Below, piece by piece: positions 38,578 through 47,724 of a DNA stretch of 64,000 bases. Source of the stretch: Cenarchaeum sp. GTDB taxonomy: Archaea > Thermoproteota > Nitrososphaeria > Nitrososphaerales > Nitrosopumilaceae. Every line of letters starts with the position of its first letter. Within the stretch, counting starts at the first letter, position 1. The notes below the pieces were generated by a model. It saw only the letters and a program-made list of their open reading frames with translations, was not told where the DNA came from and searched no databases. The stretch spans positions 768,001 to 832,000 of the forward strand of contig CBDESU010000002.1 in NCBI GenBank assembly GCA_965242695.1. Direction: 5' to 3'. Position numbers and translations under genes: made by a program.

Positions 38578-39722
38578 GCAGCGCAGCGCATTTTGAAAGG
38601 CATCTAGACCGTGTCGCAATCGAGGCCATAGCTAAAAAGTACGGATTTGCCAGCAAGTCTACCGTTGAAAAATTTCTGATCGACTTTGAGGTTCTCTACC
38701 ACATGCAGAAGGCAATACCGGACTGTGTCGTCCGGGGCGGCATGGCCGTTCCATTTCACCTAGGCCGTGACGACGCCGTCAGGCTTAGTATTGATGTCGA
38801 CGCTGTGACGGGGCTGGATGCCGAAGGCTCGAGCAAGGCCATGTCCGCAGCCTTCGAGAACATGAGATCCACGATCACTCATGTAAAGCCGCACAAGCCC
38901 CGCTCCCCGAAAAAACTCCTTCCGCTCCACACATACTATTGCAAATATGATTCAGTCTTTAGTGACGAAGGTGCGGATATAAAAATTGACTTGTTTTACG
39001 GTGGGCGTCCCGCCGCGCAGACGACCTCCTTTCAACCTCCTACCACGTTGCTGGGAGTCGAGGTCGATTTTGGGGTCACTGCGTACGGCCATTCGCAAAT
39101 GATTGCCGACAAGCTCAGCACGCTGGCGTTCGGCACAATGGGGCTGGACGCTGCGGATCCGGGCGTGCCCAAGCATGTGTACGACATAGCGTCACTGGTC
39201 ATGCACGGCAGGGACAAGATCGAGATGTCCGAGATTCTTGCCTCGTTCGAAATAACTTGCCGCGAAGAGGCCTCCTACACGCAGGGGCGCCCCGCGGCTG
39301 ACGAGGATGTCTGCGACAGCCTGCGGACCTTCTATCGACGCCTACTTGTGGACGGCACCGGCCTGGAGCTCAACAAGTCGTATGCGGGCAGGTTTAGAAC
39401 CTTTGCAACAAACATGCTCGGTCGCGGCAAGTCGAAGAACCGCCTCCACGTCACGGATGTCATGCTCGCCGGCATCCTTGCGGGGATGCTCGCGGATGTT
39501 CGCATGTCCAAGCTGGAGGCAAAAGAGGCGACCTTAACGATCAACCAAATACGGGAAACGCTCAGAAGAATCGATTTGATGTCCGTTGCCAACGGAAACA
39601 AAATGGCAAGGGAACTGCGGCAGGCCTACCCGAAGGACGGCCCTGACTACAACTTGGTGAAGACCATGTGGGCTGATCAGGCGTACCTGTACGGCTTTCT
39701 GCAAGGGCGGGGCCGATCCTGA
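38574..39722 (+). CDS. AbiEii-family nucleotidyltransferase (type IV TA toxin)
   Basis: VEKFLID, VVRGGMAV, RLSIDVD, KIDL, ADKLSTL, KHVYDI; ATGA overlap with upstream gene. Confidence 0.85.
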   Translation: MSSAAHFERHLDRVAIEAIAKKYGFASKSTVEKFLIDFEVLYHMQKAIPDCVVRGGMAVPFHLGRDDAVRLSIDVDAVTGLDAEGSSKAMSAAFENMRSTITHVKPHKPRSPKKLLPLHTYYCKYDSVFSDEGADIKIDLFYGGRPAAQTTSFQPPTTLLGVEVDFGVTAYGHSQMIADKLSTLAFGTMGLDAADPGVPKHVYDIASLVMHGRDKIEMSEILASFEITCREEASYTQGRPAADEDVCDSLRTFYRRLLVDGTGLELNKSYAGRFRTFATNMLGRGKSKNRLHVTDVMLAGILAGMLADVRMSKLEAKEATLTINQIRETLRRIDLMSVANGNKMARELRQAYPKDGPDYNLVKTMWADQAYLYGFLQGRGRS

Positions 39723-39873
39723 GGGATCGATGCGGCCGGCCGCCGTTTGTGCCTTGCAGAGGCACCGCATGCCTTGTCGGCTGCCGCGCGGAACGGCCGA
39801 GGGGCGAAAAGGTAGCAGGACAAGTGCCAACGCTAGGCATGGACCGTGGCTTGACTGTGATGCGGACGGCAGG

Positions 39874-42800
39874 TCATGGGACGCTCCCATGCCTGCCCGC
39901 TTTCCGCATGCGCACCATCTCCCCCAGGTTTTTCACAATGGAGCCTGCCGCCCTCTTGCCCACGCCGAGCGCCGCAAACACCTCGCCGTCGATCTGCGGC
40001 CTGTTTGCGGCCGGGTCGCCGCCGTACCTGCCCCACGCGTCGCCCATCCTCTTGACCGCTGCCTTTGGCATGTCGTCAAAGTCGGGAACCGGCGACTCCC
40101 CGTAGTTGAACACCTCTAGGCTGAGGGCGCCCCCTCCCATCTCCGTGCCGACGGCCTCTAGGTGGTGCTGGTACAGCGACGACGCAAAGTATGCGAGGAA
40201 CGCGCGGGCGTGCCCAGGGTTGTCCGGCGTGAAGTTTGCCAGCGTGTTGGTCGTAAAGAACCTCCCGTCGTTCTCCCACACGTCGAGCGCGTCGTTGACT
40301 ATCCTTCGCAGGATTATGGGGGGCGGGTCGGACAGCCCTAGCGAGTACCAGAACTTCCTGCCCTTCATTGCGGTGCCCTCCGACAGGGGCCTCTCCTCCC
40401 TGTTCTTGCCGCGCGTCGGCCTTTGCGTCTTCTTTTCCCCGTCCAGTATGTACTGGAGAACGCCGCGCCCGTCGGAGCGGCCCCTTAGGTCCCGCTTGGA
40501 CGCGTTGACGTTGAGCAGCCATTCGGTCGCCTTGCCGGAGTCGAGGCGGCCGGCCGGGGTCGACTTTGATACGGTCGGGCACAGGTACCTCTTGTCGATC
40601 CCGTACTCGTCGACGTCCCTCCTGGACAGAACAAAGAACCCCTTGCTGCCCGTGATCTTGCCGTACGTGATCCTTCCCGTCTCGCCGAGCGTCTTGGTCA
40701 GCGCCCGCACGCGGGGAAGGGCGGGCTTGAAGTGGGCGGCCCAGTTGCCCGGCTCGATCCCGCCCTGCCTCATCGACCTTGAAAGCCCAAAATCGCCACC
40801 GGCCAGATCGCTCTTGGCGCGCGCGTAGTTGAGGCGCACGGTGCCCCCGCCCGCCTTCTTTCCCCTGGCCAGCACGACGATGGCGGCCCTTGTGTCGGCA
40901 TCGTCGAAAAACTTGAACGCGGCGCGCGTTATCTCCCTGATCGACGAGTTTTCCAGGAGGGTCCGCTGGAGCGGCTTCCCATACTTTGAGTTCATCCATG
41001 TCTCGCTCGAGATGTACCCGAGCATCCCGCCCTCCCTGAGGTAGCGGAACGCGTGGTAGAAAAAGTAGCCGCTCAGGTCGGTCGTTCCGTCTATCTGGAA
41101 ATCAGCGGGGATGGATAACCCCGAGTGCCTTGGCAGCTGTATTTCGTCCTTGTACGCTATGTCCTGGTGCTTGACGTACGGCGGGTTGCCTATGACTATG
41201 TCGAACCCAAAGTCGGGGCGCCGCCCGGCCGACTCGTCCTGGACCATGCCCGTCCTGGGGAACACTTCCGGAAACTCCCTCTCCCATGCAAAAGTGGCAT
41301 GCTCGCCGTTGGTGCGCGACACGAGGCTGTTGCCGACCCTTATGTTGTCGGCCAGATCGGGGAGCTTTTCGTGTAGGGACGCCGTCAGCAGGAACATGGA
41401 GAGCTTTGTAATCTCGACGGACTGGCGGTTTATGTCGATTCCGTATATGTTGTCCCTGATGACGCTCCTGACCAGCGCGTCGGCAAGGATGGGCTCCAGC
41501 GTCGGGCGGCCCTCCCCGCCGGCTACTCCCTTGCGCGCCTGCACCTCTTCGTGCACCTCGAGCAGCGTGCTGGCCGCCTCGATGAGAAACGCGCCCGAGC
41601 CGCACGCGGGATCCAGTATCCTGATCGAGCGCAACCTGCCTTCCAGCGCGGGCAGGTCGCCGGCGTACTCGTCGACCAGCCCGTCAGGCGTGCTGGCCGC
41701 GCCCGTCCTTGAGAGGTACGGAATTATGGTGTTCCTGCAGATGTACCTCGTCACGTACTCGGGGGTGTAGAAGACGCCCTCTTTCTTGCGCCTGGACGTC
41801 CTCGCGCCGAGCAGCTCTTCTAGGTCTCCTATCGAGTTCTCGAATATGTGCCCGAGCATGTTGACCCTTATCTGGCTCTGAAAGTCGTACGACGACATGG
41901 CGAGCAGGTTCTTTATGATGGGGCTGGTGTCGGCGTGGCGCCTGACGGCCGCCTCCACCGAGCTCTTGAACTCCCACGACCCGCGCCTCGTCCTCGCGCC
42001 GAGCTTCCCGAAGAACCCGGCGCCCCTCCTGTCCCTTACGGACACGGAGTCGGGGATGGGCTCGCTGAAGAGGCCCCCGTTGAACCCGAATATGGCGGGG
42101 TCGTCCGATCCCTTGTTGAACCCCGCAAACAGCTCCCCCGTGATGTAGTTCCACACGCGCGTCGTATTGGTCGTCAGGTTGCCGCGCAGTATGTCGACAA
42201 CCCCGTCCTCGAGCATGGTCCTGCTGCGCACCAGCCCCGCATCCTGCGCAAAGAGGACGAAGATGAGCCTGTTGAGAAAAGTCTGGGCAAATTCCACAGC
42301 ATCGGGCCGGCTTGCCCCCGACGACTCGAACTCCTTGACCAGCATCAGCCTGGTGCGCCCGTATATGCCGTAGAACTCCATGGTGAGCTCCCTTTCTGCC
42401 TCGTCGGCTCTGATCCTAATTTTTTCGGCAAATCCCGCCTCCAGCCTTTCTCTCGAGAAGACGCCGATAAACTCGCGCAGCTTCTCGGGATTGTCCCTTA
42501 CGTCCTCAAAGTCGAACTCGTGGCACTTGCGGTATCCGTGGTCGCGCATGATCAAGACAAAGCGCCTGTAGTTTGTGCAGATGCCGTACCTTGCGCCGGC
42601 CTTTCCCATGTAGTCCCATGTCTGCCTTATTGGCGTCGAGTGCTCCGTCCTTGAGCGCCTCTGTGTTGCGAAGAGGTCGGAAGTCGATGTTCCCTTTGCT
42701 TCGATGCACACGAGGACCTGGTCGCCGTCTACACAGAACTCGAAGTCAACGTTGTCGTGTTCGTGATCCACCTGCATTGCGGGGTAGTCGAGAATCTCCT

Positions 42801-43044
42801 CAAGCATGACCTTGACAAACTTTGGATAGTTGCGCCTCTCGTCCGCCAGCTTGCCTTGGCCCAGCAGGTTGAGCCACTCGGCGGCGGCCTGCGCCTGTCC
42901 TGCAGTCGGCATCACGCCACTACACATTTCCTCAAGTGTGCCCGCTGGGAACAGCTCGCCGTATGCGCTCCTGCCTCTGCTGCCTACGCCGCGGCTTTGC
43001 CGCCCTTTCTTGGTCCGTCCCGCACCGCCTGCTCCTGCGCCCAC
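39874..43044 (-). CDS. Type IIG (Eco57I/IIL-like) fused restriction endonuclease / N6-adenine methyltransferase
   Basis: N-term VD...IEAKG...Q.WDY...TN nuclease; GVFYTP, ILDPACGSGAFL, IYGIDIN, VIGNPPY; C-terminal target-recognition region. Confidence 0.9.
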   Translation of the reverse strand: MGAGAGGAGRTKKGRQSRGVGSRGRSAYGELFPAGTLEEMCSGVMPTAGQAQAAAEWLNLLGQGKLADERRNYPKFVKVMLEEILDYPAMQVDHEHDNVDFEFCVDGDQVLVCIEAKGTSTSDLFATQRRSRTEHSTPIRQTWDYMGKAGARYGICTNYRRFVLIMRDHGYRKCHEFDFEDVRDNPEKLREFIGVFSRERLEAGFAEKIRIRADEAERELTMEFYGIYGRTRLMLVKEFESSGASRPDAVEFAQTFLNRLIFVLFAQDAGLVRSRTMLEDGVVDILRGNLTTNTTRVWNYITGELFAGFNKGSDDPAIFGFNGGLFSEPIPDSVSVRDRRGAGFFGKLGARTRRGSWEFKSSVEAAVRRHADTSPIIKNLLAMSSYDFQSQIRVNMLGHIFENSIGDLEELLGARTSRRKKEGVFYTPEYVTRYICRNTIIPYLSRTGAASTPDGLVDEYAGDLPALEGRLRSIRILDPACGSGAFLIEAASTLLEVHEEVQARKGVAGGEGRPTLEPILADALVRSVIRDNIYGIDINRQSVEITKLSMFLLTASLHEKLPDLADNIRVGNSLVSRTNGEHATFAWEREFPEVFPRTGMVQDESAGRRPDFGFDIVIGNPPYVKHQDIAYKDEIQLPRHSGLSIPADFQIDGTTDLSGYFFYHAFRYLREGGMLGYISSETWMNSKYGKPLQRTLLENSSIREITRAAFKFFDDADTRAAIVVLARGKKAGGGTVRLNYARAKSDLAGGDFGLSRSMRQGGIEPGNWAAHFKPALPRVRALTKTLGETGRITYGKITGSKGFFVLSRRDVDEYGIDKRYLCPTVSKSTPAGRLDSGKATEWLLNVNASKRDLRGRSDGRGVLQYILDGEKKTQRPTRGKNREERPLSEGTAMKGRKFWYSLGLSDPPPIILRRIVNDALDVWENDGRFFTTNTLANFTPDNPGHARAFLAYFASSLYQHHLEAVGTEMGGGALSLEVFNYGESPVPDFDDMPKAAVKRMGDAWGRYGGDPAANRPQIDGEVFAALGVGKRAAGSIVKNLGEMVRMRKAGRHGSVP

Positions 43045-43172
43045 GGGCCGCGCAGGGATGCGGACTTTTTAAACAAAATCGTGGCCCGCCTGTTATCTTG
43101 ATCCCGCTTCTAGTGGACGTCTAGTCGTAGCCACCGGCAAGCACCCGCGCCCCCTCGCCACGCGTGGCCGAC

Positions 43173-43195
43173 TATAACATTCTCAAGATGTTATA
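43173..43195. promoter_or_regulatory. 23-bp inverted repeat TATAACA-N9-TGTTATA (extends to CTATAACAT-N7-ATGTTATAG)
   Basis: Between the divergent RM gene and GHKL copy 2. Confidence 0.7.
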
Positions 43196-43288
43196 GCGGG
43201 GCTACCTTACGCCTAGATTTCATAGTCTAAGAGCTTATTTACAGAATTAGCCTTATATTCTAGGATTAAGTTCGCTGTCCCGAGTGGC

Positions 43289-45229
43289 ATGCTAGTAGAC
43301 ATCACCCCTGACAAGTCCCTGATCAAGAAGCTGGGCTTGTCAGGGTACCGGACAGAGCAAGCCTTGGCCGAGCTTGTAGACAACTCGATAGACGCGCGCA
43401 TTCCCGGCCGCGTGGAGCACATTAATGTCCGCCTAGACTATGAGGCGCGCCGCATCAGTGTCACGGACGACGGCCATGGAATGGACAGCAAAGGTCTGGC
43501 AGAGGCCATGATAATAGCTCGAAGCACCAAGGACGAGGACAAGCTCGGGAAATTCGGCATAGGCATGAAGGGAGCCTGCTCTGCCCTGGGCCGCCGATTT
43601 GAGATAGTCACATCACAGGAAGGCTCTGACGTGCAGCATTGCGCAAAGTACGACGAGGAAGACTGGCTCGGTGATGCGTCCAAGGGTTGGGACAATTTTG
43701 AGGTCGAAGAGCTGCGGCCGCCCCTCAACGAGAAGGGCTGGCACGGCACACGCATAAGCATAGACCCCGTCACGGTTCCGATGTACTCCAACCAGACGGC
43801 CCGGTTCAAAGAGAGGTTCGGCACACGCTACTCGCCGTACCTTGAGTCTAAGCAGGTCGACATCTGTGTCAATACGCTGGTGTGCCGCCCAGCCGTTCCC
43901 GCACTAGCAGACACGACAGAATGGGTTCCTGTGAACATCCCCCTCGCCCCGAGAAAACGCATCTCGGGCCGCTTGGGCCTGCTCAAAAAAAGATCTGTTG
44001 GAGGCGGATACGGGATACACCTGTTCAAGAATGGCCGGCTGATAAGGGCATTTGAAAAATTTGGCTTTATGGAGCATCCAGAAAACTCACGGTTGATCGG
44101 CGAGCTTAACCTGGACCACGTTCCGGTTAATTTCAACAAAAGCCGATTCATTGAGGAAAGCGAGGCATATACCGAAGCTCTGTTCGAATTCGGCAGGTCC
44201 AGCGTATTGTCTCAAATGCTGCGCTCGTCCAAGCCGGCCAGAAAGCCTGCCGCGTCGGTCACCTCCGTCATGGACTATTTTGGGGGGCAAGGCCCCGCCC
44301 AGCGCATGGAACGGCGAATCAGAGCCTCAGAGTCGGCCAAGACACTCGGAGCGGCTACAGGGAGAGAGTTCACGATAAAGATCCCCGGCGGCACCCCCGT
44401 CTCGGTTCGCTTTGAGCAGTCGCCGGGCGGTCCATTGTACGCAACAAACGCCAGGGGCAAGAAGGTGCAGGTAAGCGTCAATGCTGGCAACCCCGCGTTC
44501 GGGCTAGTCGGCAACCCCGCGTTCCTGATCGGCCTGATAGCTTCCGAGGCTGAGATGATCTCAAAATACCCAGAACACGCCGCCCGGATGCTTGGGGAGA
44601 GGAATGAAAGGGTTGAGGGGTTTGTGCGCGAATGGATGGCGGCGCCCCCCTTGGCAGGAGGGGCGGCTCGCGAAGACTGGCGCCACAGGGAGCCGTCTCT
44701 TCCCGACATCCATGGCTACGGACTGTACCTCGATCTGCTTGAAATTCACGACCACCTTAGGAGCACATACCCAATGAAGTTCCAGTTTACCGCCCTGTCG
44801 ACGCTGCGACCATACCTGCACAACCTGCTTGGCAGGGTGGTGTATACGGTCCACGCCCTGAGGGGAAACGGCAACGAGCTGGCAGGACAGATTATGGACG
44901 AGTTTAGGGGGCGGGTCTCGGCGGTAGATCGCCCTACTCGAGATACCATTCAGGCGCTATTTTACTCGGGGCCCGCCGACACCGTGATAGCGGTCAGAGA
45001 GTACGCGAACGTCTCGAATTCAACGGTTGCCCCGCCGGCAAAGGCACTGGTCGACTTGGTTATTGAAAAGGACGTGTACAAGGTGCCCATACACGGGGAC
45101 GAGCCGAGAATGGTGCTACATGCCATGTTGCGGCACGGGCTAGTCGACCTTGCGGAGGTGCGCAGGCAGGCCCGACGCGCAAAACAATCTGCCCGGATTG
45201 AAGAGATAATCAAGGCGGGCCCCGCATGA
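43289..45229 (+). CDS. MORC-type GHKL ATPase with AbiEi-like C-terminus (copy 2)
   Basis: Full-length paralogue of 36658-38577 (MLVDITPDKSL...AGPA). Confidence 0.8.
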   Translation: MLVDITPDKSLIKKLGLSGYRTEQALAELVDNSIDARIPGRVEHINVRLDYEARRISVTDDGHGMDSKGLAEAMIIARSTKDEDKLGKFGIGMKGACSALGRRFEIVTSQEGSDVQHCAKYDEEDWLGDASKGWDNFEVEELRPPLNEKGWHGTRISIDPVTVPMYSNQTARFKERFGTRYSPYLESKQVDICVNTLVCRPAVPALADTTEWVPVNIPLAPRKRISGRLGLLKKRSVGGGYGIHLFKNGRLIRAFEKFGFMEHPENSRLIGELNLDHVPVNFNKSRFIEESEAYTEALFEFGRSSVLSQMLRSSKPARKPAASVTSVMDYFGGQGPAQRMERRIRASESAKTLGAATGREFTIKIPGGTPVSVRFEQSPGGPLYATNARGKKVQVSVNAGNPAFGLVGNPAFLIGLIASEAEMISKYPEHAARMLGERNERVEGFVREWMAAPPLAGGAAREDWRHREPSLPDIHGYGLYLDLLEIHDHLRSTYPMKFQFTALSTLRPYLHNLLGRVVYTVHALRGNGNELAGQIMDEFRGRVSAVDRPTRDTIQALFYSGPADTVIAVREYANVSNSTVAPPAKALVDLVIEKDVYKVPIHGDEPRMVLHAMLRHGLVDLAEVRRQARRAKQSARIEEIIKAGPA

Positions 45230-45290
45230 GCCGCATTTCCGCATCGTGGTTACCGCCCTGCGCGCCGAGTGCGCCGCCGCGCTCTCCCTG

Positions 45291-46775
45291 CTACGCCCTG
45301 CCCCGGATCCGCCTGGATATGGCCTCGGGCAGGTCGGGTATGGCGACCCTCTCCTGGCCCATGCTGTCCCTGTCCCTGAGGGTCACGGCCCCGTCCTTCA
45401 GCGTGTCGTGGTCTATCGTCACGGCGAGCGGCGCGCCGACCTCGTCCAGCCTCCTGTACCTCCTGCCGATCGCGCCCGAGTGGTCCAAGAACGCCTCAAA
45501 GTCGCCCCTGAGCAGCCCAAACACCTCGTCTGCCTTTTCGCGCAGGCCGTCCTTCTTGACCAGCGACAGCACGCCGACCTGGACGGGGGCCAGGTGCGGC
45601 CTGATCGACAGGACCGTCCTGTTGTTGGCCTCGTCTTCGCGCAGCGAGTGCTCTAGTATGGCGTACAGGCTGCGGTCGATCCCCATCGATATCTCGAACA
45701 CGTGCGGCAGCACCTTTTCGTTGCCGTCCATCACCTCGAACTTTTCGCCGCTCTTGGCCGCGTGCCCCGACAGGTCGTGCCCCGACCTGTAGTTGCACGC
45801 CACCAGCTCTAGCCACCCCGTAGACGTCTCGACCTCAAAGTCGAACGCCGCCTCGGCGTAGAACGCCTTTTCCTTCTCGCCGAGCCTGCGGAACCTCGTC
45901 CTCTCCATGTCTATCCCCGTCTTTTCGTAGAACTCGGAGAGGAGCGCAAGGTAGTACGCGACGAGCCTGCTCGGCACCGCGCCGGACGAGGCGGCCTCGC
46001 CGGCCGTCGTCCTCTTGACGTCGGCCTCGCCGCCGAGCGTGCCGCCCTCCTGCAGCCTCAGGACCGTCTTGTCGACCTCTCCGAACCCCTCTACGCTGTC
46101 CAGCCTCGACGGGTTGCAGAACACCTCTATCTCTGCCTGGTAGAACTCCCTGAGGCGCAGCAGGCTCTGCCTCGGCGATATCTCGTTGCGAAAGCTCTTG
46201 CCGACCTGCGCGACCCCTAGCGGCAAGCGCCCCCTCATGGTCTTGTACAGCCTCGGAAAGTCCACGAATATAGACTGGCACGTCTCGGGCCGCAGGTACG
46301 CCGGCTCGCCGTCCGGCCCAATCCCGACGCTGAACATCATGTTGAACTTCTTGGCAGGCCCGAGTGCGCCGCCGCACCCCGGACAGGCCACCTTGTTGTC
46401 CCGCACGGCCCCGTCGAACTCGGCGAGCCCTGCGCTCTCGGGTATCTCGACGCCGGCGACCTCGGCCACGAGCCGGTCGGCGCGGTGTGTCGCGCCGCAC
46501 TTTGTGCACTTTACGACGGGGTCGGCAAAGCTGGCCAGGTGCCCCGACGCCTCGAACACGGACGGCGACATTATCTGCGAGCCGTCGATCTCCATCATGC
46601 GGTCCCGCCTGACGAGCTCGCGCCGCCACAGCTCCAGGAAGCGGTTCTTTAGGGCCACGCCGTTCGGGCCGTACTCCCAGAACCCGGCGTGCGCATCGCC
46701 GTACGGCCCGCAGCTCGGAAAGTAAAACCCCCTCTCGAGGGCCAGCTTCATGACGGCATCGTACTGAGCGGGCAT
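45291..46775 (-). CDS. glyS: Glycyl-tRNA synthetase (alpha2 type)
   Basis: LRPETCQSIF, GKSFRNEISPRQ, RLREFYQAEIE, EISMGIDR, IGRRYRRLDEVG. Confidence 0.95.
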   Translation of the reverse strand: MPAQYDAVMKLALERGFYFPSCGPYGDAHAGFWEYGPNGVALKNRFLELWRRELVRRDRMMEIDGSQIMSPSVFEASGHLASFADPVVKCTKCGATHRADRLVAEVAGVEIPESAGLAEFDGAVRDNKVACPGCGGALGPAKKFNMMFSVGIGPDGEPAYLRPETCQSIFVDFPRLYKTMRGRLPLGVAQVGKSFRNEISPRQSLLRLREFYQAEIEVFCNPSRLDSVEGFGEVDKTVLRLQEGGTLGGEADVKRTTAGEAASSGAVPSRLVAYYLALLSEFYEKTGIDMERTRFRRLGEKEKAFYAEAAFDFEVETSTGWLELVACNYRSGHDLSGHAAKSGEKFEVMDGNEKVLPHVFEISMGIDRSLYAILEHSLREDEANNRTVLSIRPHLAPVQVGVLSLVKKDGLREKADEVFGLLRGDFEAFLDHSGAIGRRYRRLDEVGAPLAVTIDHDTLKDGAVTLRDRDSMGQERVAIPDLPEAISRRIRGRA

Positions 46776-46827
46776 CCCTACTTCCGCCTCCCTTTCGCGC
46801 GGATGCCGCCGCGCCGGGCCGCGCCGC

Positions 46828-47670
46828 TCACTTTAGTAGCCCCCTTGCGACCCTGACGTTCTCAAAGTCGTCGCGCTCGGCGTTGATCGGCGTCTCTAGC
46901 ACGACGGGCACGTCCCTCCTGTTCGCCTCGGCCACGACGGCGGCCATGCCCTCCTCGCCGATCTGCCCCAGGCCGATGTGCTGGTGCCTGTCGAGCTTTG
47001 AGCCGATATCGCCCTTTGCGTCGTTGAGGTGCAGTATCCGCACGTTCTCGCCTCCGACCGTCCCGTCGAGCTCGGCAAACGCCTTCTTGACGGTCCCCTT
47101 CGTGCGCAGGTCGTACCCGTACACGAACGCGTGGCACGTGTCGATGCACACCCCGAACCTCTTGGCCGGCCTGAGCTTTGAGAGTATCGACCCGAGCTGC
47201 CCAAAGTCCGAGCCGACCGAGTTCTTCTGGCCTGCCGTATTCTCGAGCAGGACTACCACGCCGTTGTCGACCTCGGCGGCCTTTCCGTACGCGGCCACCA
47301 GCCTCTTGATCCCGCTCTCCTCGCCGGCCCCGAGGTGGCTGCCCAGGTGCGTCACCAGGTACGGCACGCCCAGGCTGCCGCACCTCTTTACCTCGTCGAC
47401 GAGCGTAGACACCGACCTCTTGTAGGTCGCATCGTTGTTCGACGACAGGTTCGGCAGGTAGGGCATGTGCGCGCACGTCGCCGACGGGTCGATCCCGCTG
47501 TCCTTGAGCTTTGACCTGTACGCCTCGACCTTGCCGCCGTCCAGCTCCTTGGCGTTCCACATCTGCGGGCTGCGCGTGAATATCTGAAAGGCCGTGCACT
47601 CGCGCTCTACGGCGTTGTCGACTGCCTTGTCGACGCCGCCCGAGATCGACACGTGGCACCCCAAGCGCAA
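46828..47670 (-). CDS. nfo: Endonuclease IV (AP endonuclease 2)
   Basis: GCHVSI, HMPYLPNL, LENTAG, CIDTCH, HLND, DRHQHIG, ETP. Confidence 0.93.
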   Translation of the reverse strand: MRLGCHVSISGGVDKAVDNAVERECTAFQIFTRSPQMWNAKELDGGKVEAYRSKLKDSGIDPSATCAHMPYLPNLSSNNDATYKRSVSTLVDEVKRCGSLGVPYLVTHLGSHLGAGEESGIKRLVAAYGKAAEVDNGVVVLLENTAGQKNSVGSDFGQLGSILSKLRPAKRFGVCIDTCHAFVYGYDLRTKGTVKKAFAELDGTVGGENVRILHLNDAKGDIGSKLDRHQHIGLGQIGEEGMAAVVAEANRRDVPVVLETPINAERDDFENVRVARGLLK

Positions 47671-47724
47671 CGCCGCGCGGCCCGGCGGCGATAATTTAAG
47701 TCAGCGCGCGTGACGGCATGCGGC

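Noticed and set aside
45226-45792. 188-aa ORF as toxin partner of GHKL copy 2
   Set aside because: Almost entirely antisense to glyS with no nucleotidyltransferase motifs; only the first few codons resemble the AbiEii start
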